Positions 53,600 through 64,000 of a stretch of DNA of 64,000 nt are shown piece by piece (positions within the stretch are counted from its first letter, which is position 1; every line of letters starts with the position of its first letter). Both the position numbers and the translations under genes were made by a program. Where the stretch lies: NCBI GenBank assembly GCA_023213395.1, contig CM041465.1, positions 192,145,741 through 192,209,740 on the forward strand. The letters run 5' to 3'. The stretch comes from Cycas panzhihuaensis (lineage: Eukaryota; Plantae; Cycadophyta). A model generated the notes under the pieces. It ran no database searches. It was not told the origin of the DNA and was given only the letters and a program-made list of their open reading frames with translations.

Positions 53600-55970
53600 T
53601 TTTTTTATAGAAGATTCAATGTAAAATCAGTGCAAATTAGTGAAAATCTAGTATGAAATGGTTATGGAATGGCTTTAGAATGTCTAGGATAGTTGTAGGT
53701 CAAAAAATGAGCTCTTAGGAAATGGTTCTATTCACATGACATAATAGTTTTAGAATGGTTTTGGGAATAACAGAAGGTTCTAGAATAATGAATACTTTAT
53801 AGGGGATAACTCTATGTTGAATCTTTTGAATAGATATTATATAGTCATATAGACATATGGGCATACGAAAAGGAGTCTTGCTATCATCGATCAAGATTTT
53901 ATGTTATGAAAGGTCAAACATTATGTTATAAACTTGTGTCTTTTAGGTTATTAGCTATGCAAAAGAGTATAAATATATTATTTCTCCTATTGGTTTAATG
54001 GTGAGAGCTAAGTAATTGAGTCATATGTCATAGTCTCTAGTGTGAGATATGGGCACTGAAAGTGATGTAATAATCTAACAAATATGTTTAGTATTGATTA
54101 ATGTAATAAGTGAGTTATGAGGAAAACTATGTGTATTATGTGTAATTGATGATTGGTTGCTTGTGTGATAATTGGGAATATTATGTATATGATGAATGTT
54201 GCAAAGTTGTTATATATATTATAAATAATCTAAGTGCAAGTAATACTAAGAAATAAGACACAAGATGGTTATGTTATTGGGTAGTTTCAAGACACCAATG
54301 GATCGAGTAGTAGTCAACAGTGGTTTCATTGCTAAATCCCTTGAGTAGAAAAGAATTTGAGGACTTGGTATGCAATGAGAGTGCATATTCAATTATTAGA
54401 AGACAATGGCTATTATCAAGATGTAGGTTTTGAACTAAACCAAAACAACCAGGGGAGTTTCTAATATCACCTAAAAGTCCTTTGAGTAGTGGAGTACTAG
54501 AATCAAGTTATCAAAGGGCAATACATTGGGTAAAAGAAAATAAATTAATATAGGTTCAAAAGAGGGTCATACCAATAAGAGGAGGGATTAAGGAGAAGTT
54601 TGTTGAAATATTAGAAAACCCAGCATATCATACATAGAGGGTATTCTGATGAGAAGTGGAGATTTTGAACTAGAAGAAATCCCAAAGAGCATAAGTAGTG
54701 ACAAAAAAAATACAAGTGGTGGTCCCAAGGGATGAGAGAATTATTTTATAAGAAACTTATTCAATATAACACTACAATTAGGAGATGATTCATTTTTTAT
54801 AATAACGCCTTTAACAATAAAAATACCAGGAGTTGTGTAAACAAACCAAGTGAAAGCCCCAAAGAATAACCCATTGTTTAAGGAGGAGGAAGAGATAACA
54901 TTAAAGGAAGGGTTACTACCAAAAGTTAATATAGTAGAAGGAGGGATACCGAGATTAAAAACACCTCCCATGATGGCGTATTCAGGTTATTACAATGAGA
55001 GTACAATGAATTAATTGATATTTAATGGAACCACAAATGTCGTTGAACATCTATATCTGTTCAAGAATGTGATTAAAGTGAGAGGGATCATAGATGAGAA
55101 AGATATTAAGGGAAGATTTGTGTGCATATTAAGACAAGTACCATTGGTATGTTATAAGGAGTTAGATGTGAAAAATAAACCTAGCAGCAAATTATTGATG
55201 AATTCCATGAGAGGTTACAAAATTTACATAGTAATGAAGTCATTACACAAGTAGGCAATTGATAGAATCGGTGTTAGATAACTTTAGTTGCATGTCCATT
55301 ATTGCAATGAATTTGACAGGTGGAGAGAAATTTTCTAATTTTTTATTGAAAACCTACTTTATCAATGGGTTATAACTAAGGTTAAGAAGTGCATTATAGT
55401 AGTGTATGGATAAATCATTTGCAAAGGCCAAGGAGTTGGCCATTAGATTTGAGAAGAAGTTTGATTCAAAAGAAATGTGAACATAAGATAATATATTAAA
55501 AATATTACATAATGAAAGTAAAGAATTACAAGCTAAGAAAACATGTAAGGTAATAATAAAAGAGGAACCATCAAAAGTAGAGAAGTTAAAGGAATAAATT
55601 TCAAGGTCAAACCTATAAGCTAAGAAGGAGAAGCCTATGGATGATAAACCTATTAGTAGTAGAAGAATTAATACAAGCATTGAACTAAAGTGGTGCCACA
55701 TATGTAAAGAAGAGACCCACAACACAAAGGAATGGCATTTGAATCCAAAAACTAATATTATAAAAGAATTAAAATGGTGGCCCATTTATGATACAAATAT
55801 ACATGTTACAAATAAGTGCTTTTATAATCCTAAAAATACAAAAAATGAAGAAAATCCATGCCACATATATGACACTAATACAACAAAAGATTGTTATAAT
55901 AACCTAAGAGGGAAGAATACTTAGGGAAGATATCAAGGAGGAGGAGGTGAGTCTTGACTAATGTATAACA
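53600..55970 (+). mobile_element. Old Ty3/Gypsy-like remnant (LTR/leader + gag), related to 49100-52000, truncated by a Copia
   Basis: GYYNESTMN..IFNGTTNVVEHLYLFKNVIKVRGIIDEKDIKGRF; three CCHC-like knuckles 55690-55900; 54320-54545 aligns with the reverse complement of 51310-51535. Confidence 0.65.
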
Positions 55971-58900
55971 TGAAGGAGGGGGTGATATGGATCTAGTGCT
56001 CAAATCAGTCATACTCACACATTAGTAAAGCAAAATGAAGAATGAAGAGAGTAAGAATAGAGAGCAAAGCTAAAGGTGAGAATAAAATTATCCCACTCCA
56101 TATAATTTTATCATTTATAATTGAGGGTTAAGAGTTTTTCCTCCAACTGACATGAACCTTAAATTACATTCAAATGCATATGAAATATAATTTACTTAAA
56201 TGGCTTTCACTAAATCTATTCCTATAGTCACTTTAGTTATTCACTAACAATTTTATAACATTAATCTCTTTCAATTCCCCTTTTAATGGTAGAATCTAAT
56301 TCTAAAGAGATTAATCTATTATATGAGGTATTTATTTAAGTCTCTTATTAGATTGAAATATCTACTTGAACACTTTTGTGGGAAACCCTCATAGGGAAGA
56401 AAACCCACAAACTTTCTCAAATCTATTCTCCCATTTGTATAAACAAAATACCATAGGTGGCTTTAAATGAAGCCCGATAGCTAAGATATTCAAATAAGAT
56501 ATGTAGCTTGATCTGTTGAGTCTCCATATACCGTTTGGTCATCCCCCATGTCTTTTCTAGTTTTCACAGGTCCTAATTTTCTAAAACTACTATAGCCCTT
56601 ATCCTTCCATGCCCAAAATGGGTTTTCACAAATAGGATAGAGTTGAGACATACTCTTGTCCTTTTGTGCCCACAAGGGATTTTCATGAATGGAATAGAGT
56701 ATGATGGTCTTGTTGTCATCTCCTTCAATCAATTAGAGATGGGGGCTTTAAGATCAAGCTACCTTCGAAATTGTTCAAATTTCACCCTCTGCAGTGTTTG
56801 ATGAAGATATTGGCCACTTGATTTACTGTGGGGCAGTATTCTAGTTGAATTATGCCATCATGAATTAGTTCTTAAATCCTATGGACTTTTGTACTTATAT
56901 ATTTGGTATGGTCATGAAATACAAGATTTTTAGCCATGTGGATTGCTAATTGATTATTCATAAGTAGGCTGGTAGGACTTATTTAGGTGATATTCAATGT
57001 TTCTAATAATTTTCTAAGCTATATCACATCCTTGTTGGTCTTAGTAGTAGCAATATATTTAGCTTCAACACTTGAGTCTGAAACTATCTTCTACCATCTA
57101 GATTTCCATGATATTAGTGTTATCCTAAGAAATGTTGCACACCCAGATGTGGATCTCCCTATGCCTTTATCCCCTACAAAGTATGAGTCTATGTATGAAA
57201 AGAGTTTGAACTCATCATTGGATTCATATAACATAATAAATTTGTTAGTCGTCTTCAGGTATCTCAATACTAGTACTATAACTTACCAGTGATTCTGCTT
57301 AGGATTTGTTATGAATCATGTAAGAATGCCAATAAAGTGTACAATACCTGGCCTTATGTTAGTACTATAAATGAGACTACCTAGAAGATGTATTTAGAGT
57401 GTTACATCTGTATCCTTAGTATCATCATCAACTGAGAGTTTGGCATTAGGTTCCATAGATGTAGCCACTGATCAAGCATTTTCCAACTGCAAATTTATTA
57501 AAAGATCATTGATGCATTTTTCTTGGAAGAGAAAAATTTTACCATTCTTTTATGTTACTTCAATTCCTAAGTAATATTTTATCAACTTGAGGTTAGAAAA
57601 TTCAAATGTTTTGCTAAGGTCCTTTTTTAGTTGGCTTATTGTCTATTTACTATTCCTCATTACCAACATGTCGTCCATGGAGATCATGTGATAAGTGACT
57701 GTCCTTTTAGTACTTAATAAACAGTGTTACATCAATATCTTAATAGTCACAAACCTTGTATCTAAGTTGCCTCATTCTTTTAGACAACTTAGCAAACTAA
57801 GCACGAGGGGCTTGTTTCATACCGTACAAGGACCTTTTAAGCATGTAAACTTTATTCTCTTGAATGTTAATTTCGTATCCTTCTAGTTGAGCCATGTAAA
57901 TTTCTTATTCAAGATCTCCACTGAGAAATACAATTTTAACATCAAGTTGGTGGATTTTCCAACTCTGTTGAGCAGCCAAGGCCACAAGAGTTTTAATTGT
58001 AGGCTACTTTGTTATAGGTGCAAAGACTTTAGTGTAGTTGATGCCTTCCCTTTGTGTGAATCCTTTAGTTACCAACTTTACATTATGTTTATCCAAGGTG
58101 CCATCTGAACTATATTTATTTTTGAATGCCCATTTATTTTAAATTAACTTTTTGCCAAGTGGTAGATCAATGAGCTCCCATATACTATTTTTTATGAGAG
58201 ATTGGTATTCCTTGTTCATTACATTTCTCCAAACTATGTGTTTCACAACTTCCTGGTATGAGAGAGGCTCTTCATTGAGAGTAAGGTGCAATTCTATCAG
58301 TTCAAGCTCAGTACAAAATGGTTCCTATATCTTTGCTTTATGGGTACTTTGAGTGCCAGTTTTACCCACTTCATCAAGTCACATGTCCTTGTTGAACTAG
58401 TAGGCTTCATGAGATTCTCGAGTTTGGAATGAGATCCTCATTTCCTTAATCTCTTGGTTCTCGTCTTAATCCCTAAAAGGATTATTTTAGATATATAGGA
58501 TGGAGGATGTTGATATATCTGGAAAAGATGGTCTTTCTACCACTATTTTGCCTTATCAACTGAAGGCGGAGACAATGATTCTTCTGCAATAGCTTTGTCC
58601 TTATTAACTCTATTGTTCTTAAAAGATAGTGTTGGATGTGCACTCATTGGTTGGGAGTCACAACTGATATCCTCCAGGGCTTTGTTGTTAAATTCTAATA
58701 TTTTGAGTAATTCATATGTATCTCCCCTACCTCCCAAAGTTTAGAATCTAAACATCCTAATTTGTGGCATGATTATAGTGGTGCGAAGGTGTTTTGGAGT
58801 CCAATTTAAGTAACTGATCCTCTATCTCTATAAACATAATGTCTCTGGTGATGATTATCTTCCGTTGTGAGGGTACGAAGACCTTATACCCTTTCTTATC

Positions 58901-61118
58901 CATAGGGTATCCAACAAAGATGCCTTTAAGTGCCCTTAGTTAGAGTTTATTTCAATCCTCATATAGTGAATGGGCATAACATGTAGAGCTAAAGATTCTG
59001 AAGTGATGAATAGTGGGGGCTTGTCCTGACCACTTTTTATTTGGTGATGGTCCTTATTTAGATGGACTGACAACGTTGATACAGTAAACAATTGTCTAAA
59101 TGGCTTTGACCCATAGGTAGGTAGGTATGTTTTTATACATCAACATTGTTTTAGCCATATTCATCATGCTCTTGTTCATGCACTTGGCAACTCTATGTTG
59201 TTGGGGGGTACTTGCGACTATTGTTTAGTGCTTGATCCCATGGTCTCAAATATAATTTTCAAACCCATTCAAAGTATATTCTCCACTATTATCAGTCAGA
59301 AGACATTTGATTTGTTAGCCTAACTCTTTTTCAGTTTGGGCCTTGAATGCTTAGAAGACATTAAATTCTTCATCTTTCTTAACTAGAAAAGCTACCCACA
59401 CTTTTTTGGTAAAATCATTAATAGAGGTGATGTAATACTACTTATGCGTTAATGATGGAATAGGAAATGGTCTGCATATATCAGAGTATACCAATTGTAT
59501 AGGAGATTTGACAATTAGGTAGGCCTCACATTTAAAGAGCTTTGAAGAGAACGTTGGTAGACTTGGAAGGGTGTGATAAAGATCTCTTAGTCAATTAATG
59601 TGAATATTACCCATGCAAGCATGCCAAAGAGCTTATTGGGATAGCTTTAGGTGTGTCAAGGTAACATTGAATGCAAATTCTTCATTGGTACTAAGGCTTT
59701 GAACATAATTGGCTTTAGAAGATGAGGAGCTATTTAGACAAAAGAGTTCACCAATGAGGTTTCTAGTCAAGACCATTTTATTTGATGGAAGGTGAATGGC
59801 ATGGAGAGTCTAGTCATCTGCGGTTACACTCAAGTCAAATCCATAGGAGATGAGTGTGAACAGGGAGAGTAGGTTCTATTTCAGATTAGGAATATATAAG
59901 ACATCAAGTAATATAAAGTCTATTAAGCTTGGGAATTTCAGGTGAATGTTACTAATTCCTTCGATAGGTTCCTGAGATTTATCAGCCATATGAACAACTC
60001 TTTGAACATTAGAGTCAGATGTCTAAAAGAGACTGTGGTTGCAAGTCATATGTTGGATGGCTCAAATGTCCATGATCCATGTTGAAATGTTTGAGGCAAC
60101 GTTATTTGCAACTTTGAGTGGAGGAGGCATTGGTGAATTAAATTCACAAGTGGCATATCCACAATGAGCTTTAAAGTACCTCTTTGATTGGTTAGCTGCA
60201 TTATGTGATGAAGATCCCTCAATCCTTTAGATGTGTGCTTATGCAAATCCTGCTCCACAAAATGGTTCTTCACAAGTTTGTTTGACATTGTGAGCCCTAT
60301 AACTTAGCCAACTTATGGGTGGTTATTCTATAATCTTTTGCTAAGTGCCCTTTCTTATCACACCTTTCACAGATAATGGTTCGATTACGAATCTCATAAG
60401 GGATATTAGTTTGGCCTAACTATCTTGTATTTTTCTGAGGTGTCCCTTGACCTTGAGATTATCGAGGCTAAGACTAAGGGTGTTGTTGACCTTGTGGATG
60501 ATTTCCTTTATTTTTTCCCATTCCTTTTGCTCAGATATATCCTCTGCCATGAGAGGGACCTTGATTCTTTGGGCAATAAGCTTCTTCTTCCATTTCAAAA
60601 GCTATATCTGATTAGAGGTTACAAAGTTGTGTATTAAAGATCTTATCAAATTGTATGAACTTCTTGGAAAGTGCTTTGAACTTGAGTGTCTTCAATGTGC
60701 CACTAAACCGAAGACTTCCAAGTAGGTTTTTATAATCAAGGACATGTAGACACGATTGGATTAAGAATACTAAAGTAATATATTAGGTCTTGAAGTCTTT
60801 GTCAATAGCCTATTGATAGGTCAAAGGATGTTGATAGTATTTCTACATTTTGAGCTTGCTCATTTTCAACACTAGATGAATGGATTTGAGGTCTGACTTG
60901 GTCTCAAAGTTCTTTCGAAGGACTTCGAGTACTTTCTAAGTAGTATCATGTTGCTCTTCAACAATTAAGTTATGTAAAGAAAGATCAATGACTAACAAAA
61001 TTCCTATATAAATCTTTTCATCATCAATCTCCTATTGTCATTTTCTGGCAGCATCTGTAGGAGTAGCTAGGGTAGTTCCTCTTGAAGCAGGCATAGTAGC
61101 AGTTGTTGGTATGAGGGG
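55971..61118 (-). mobile_element. Ty1/Copia family 2 copy 2 (3' LTR, pol, most of gag), interrupted at 61119
   Basis: LTR 55971-56273 (tgaagga...ctctttca, like 7114-7427); PPT attcccc at 56274; colinear with 7428-12290. Confidence 0.9.
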
Positions 61119-62645
61119 TGTAAGATATGGAATCACACCTCTTGGGGGGGTTACTAAACTCGAACAAGATCAAGACAGACAATTAATGGTTTTAGATGGC
61201 TATGGACCTACGATGACAAGCGAAAGAAATCACCCACAAAGGGTGTTTGTGTGTCGGAACACAGGTTCGAGACCCGCAAATGGCACACAAACTCCTTTGA
61301 GGTAACTCTTCCTCGATATGGAGTGATGGATGGATGAGGGATCTCCTTGGTTTCCCGAGTAACCTTAAAAAGAGCCCTCCCGTCCTTGAATGGCCAAAGG
61401 AGGGAGGAAAGAGGTGAGGGAATGACTCCTCACATGAAGAGAGATGTGGAAAGGATGCCCCTTAATAAGAAAAGGGAAAGAATCATACATGTAAGCCTAA
61501 GGCAGCTTGCAACGTGAACAATCAAGGGTGATGGCTAATTTCACAAGCTGAATGTTAACCTAAAGCCCCTAAACTAGAGAAGTCTAGCTTGGAGACACAA
61601 GGAAGACATAGTGAACAACCTTAGGAGAGAGGCTCTCAAGGTGACAAACCTAAGGAGGATCCTAGTAGTGGTGGCTCAACAAGAAAGGTTGTCTTCATTT
61701 AGTACATGGGAAAAAGATAAGGCAAGGGTATGATGTATATGGCAATGTTATGTCCTTATGTTTAAAAGAGATTACTTTTTAAGGCAACAAAGTAATATAA
61801 AACTCTCTCTCTTGTCTACCTATGCATACAACCTCACTCGCATTGTCTTTTAAATTCAAGAAAATAAGATCAAAAGGAATCGCTACATGACACAAAGCTC
61901 GTGCAAAGAATGCGAAGTTGCTAAGTGATAATGCAACTGGATGGAAGAGGTATATGCACGCAAATGAATAGATGTTTACTATGTGTGCTTTGCAAAGAAA
62001 CAAGCAAGCAAGTGAAGTACAAGAGATCTAAACCAATCTTCTTCCTTTTCTTTTTCACCAAACAACATTCCAATGAGGGAAAGGGGGTTAAAGAGAGAAA
62101 AGTTAGAAAAAGAGAGGTGTTCCTGGAATCCGGTGGCCGAAGTAGCGCTACCATTTCTATGTTTACGATCCTTATCCTTCTTTAGCCATGGATGGCACAA
62201 CGAAAATAGTGCTGGCGAAGAAGGAGGCTTCCTTACCTTCCCCAAAAATAAAAATGGAACTCAAAGGAAATGCAACACAAGGAAATATAAAGATGATTGC
62301 AACTCTATTTTATAACTTTGAAAGCAAAAGAAAGTAGCCGTTGAAAGGAGGGGCACATATCTGGAATGGAAACTCCTTCTTCCTCAAGAACGCAATGGGA
62401 AAACCTACAACCAAACGAGATTTACCCTTTCCTAAGGGGCATCAAACATATGCGGGACAAGTATGCAATATGGAAAGTAACTATCTGTAGGAAAATAATA
62501 TGATGGAAAACATGGCAAAACATAAACAAATAATCATTGATCAATACATCATTGTTGCATAAACACAAGAGCTTTTGTATTCAATCCAGTTTTATAGAGA
62601 GAGCATTACAAATGTCCAATAGTAGGTGGTGTCTAAAGACATCAG
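61119..62645. mobile_element. Younger, CpG-richer insertion, probably LTR/non-coding part of another LTR retrotransposon
   Basis: Copia gag homology stops abruptly at TGTAAGATATGG (61119); more CpG; no coding motif; the host gag does not resume in the window. Confidence 0.45.
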
Positions 62646-64000
62646 TGTTGCACACCCCTCAAAATATATAGTTGGGGGGAGAAGGGAAACTACTCAACCC
62701 CTAAAATTTAAATAACAATAAAATAATAACTTAACTCAAATAAACTTAAATCAAATCAACCTTATCTTATACTTACCTACACATGCGAACACCCACATGT
62801 GTAAATTGATGAAAGTGCGGTGTGCACTCCTAGTTGGAAGGTGGGAGTGGGGTGATGAGCATTAACCCCAACATTCTCCCCCTTAATGGTCATCACGAAC
62901 AATGTCTTCTTTTTAAACTTGTGGAATTTGTACTTAAAAAAAAAAAAAATCCTTTTGGCTTGATCATTATCAACTTGCTTCATCATTTCTACAACGTGTG
63001 TATCTTTGCCATTGAGTGGTGTACAAAAGCTGTAAGTAAATGAAGTTTGATTCAAATGTGGAGGTGTGGATGCAACTTTGACTTTGTTAACTGGAACTTT
63101 AAGAAAACTTTAAACTTGAACTTTGTCTTCTGAAAACTTTGTGTTATGAACAACAGTCATATCATCATATCTCTCCCCCTCAAATGAAAGATCAAGTTCT
63201 TGTGCAACAAGATGATTATGCGTTTGATTTGAATCTTCCTTAGCCTTTTCGTGACAATCCACATGTTCTGGCACCTGTCTCATATGCTCAACATCAATGT
63301 TAAATTCATTGAGGGTATCTCCCCCATAAGTAGAAATCAAAATGTCCCACACGGATTTAGAAGTTGTTAGTTCACAAACTTTAAAAAATGCATCATCATT
63401 TATAGTGTAAAATATTAAAGCTAGGGCTTCATTGTCTTTTTTAATATTTTTCTTAATATTAACATCATATTCATCTTGTAAGTAGTTCTAAAGATCATGT
63501 GTAATAAAATAATTTTACATAGTTTTATGCCATAGTGAAAAATTATGGCCATCAAATATAGGAAATTATACTTGATCAAGATTGATTACCATTTTACTGA
63601 GAACTTTAGTACATAAAAAAGAATATGTTTTTACCAAGTCAAAAAACTTAATAAATCAACAAATATGACTAACTTATAAGATATAATTTCAGATAAAATT
63701 TGAAATAAGTTGCAGATGCAATTGGCTTATCACTTGCTTGATGATTAATTTCTATTAGGATATACTTAAATGCTCAAGTTTAACAGCTTTAAAGTTATAC
63801 TAAACAAAGTCAGAATAAAGTGAAATTATACCAGTATGAAGATCAACGAAAGAACTATTCAATGGAACTAACCATTTTGAAAATGAGTTCCTACAAATCA
63901 ATATTAAAGGAACCGAAGATACAATCATCTTTTTTAGGCCTAACGAGAGCCTGAGGCTTAAAATATTATAAAAAGGCCAATAAAAGACTTATAGAATATT
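62646..64000 (-). mobile_element. Gag-only (TR-GAG-like) Copia derivative, 5' end outside the window
   Basis: Probable 3' LTR 62646-62873 (tgttgc...cccaaca); PPT ttctccccctt at 62874; Copia gag N-term FPIFDGHNFSLW..KKDNEALALIF..VWDIL at ~63590-63330, only ~450 bp from the PPT. Confidence 0.65.

Noticed and set aside
120-63352. Most short ORFs in the six-frame track, especially plus-strand ones, as real genes
   Set aside because: They are antisense shadows of decayed gag-pol or LINE ORF2, or chance ORFs in LTRs; none resembles a host protein.

Overview
This window is eukaryotic DNA (land plant with a large, heavily methylated genome; gymnosperm-like by inference) made almost entirely of nested, decayed retrotransposons. 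I found no intact host gene, RNA gene or CRISPR array. Elements resolved with target-site duplications (TSDs): a 5'-truncated, RNase-H-bearing L1 LINE (~204-16734, minus) split by two full-length Ty1/Copia elements (1975-6938, TSD AAAGA; 7114-14761, TSD CATAT); a non-coding LTR element (22215-29861) whose primer-binding site (PBS) was hit by a second Tnt1-like Copia (24596-29524, TSD AGCTC); a third Copia (32921-43435, TSD AAAGT) carrying a nested non-coding LTR element (34168-37520, TSD CATCA) and a compositionally foreign ~1.5 kb block in its leader; and another non-coding LTR element (44434-48515). Remnants without resolved TSDs: a truncated Tekay-like Gypsy (~17400-21851), three Gypsy gag remnants (two of them head-to-head around a plant-mobile-domain fragment), and a Copia (55971-61118) interrupted by further insertions, including a gag-only derivative at the window end. 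All reading frames are broken by stops or frameshifts. The most unusual observations are: the CpG-rich unexplained block at ~41.4-43.0 kb; a non-autonomous LTR family with conserved ends, different middles and tandem PBS units; independent deletions of the same GC hairpin cluster from LTRs; and a 13:1 strand bias of insertions. I could not support a clearly new functional system.
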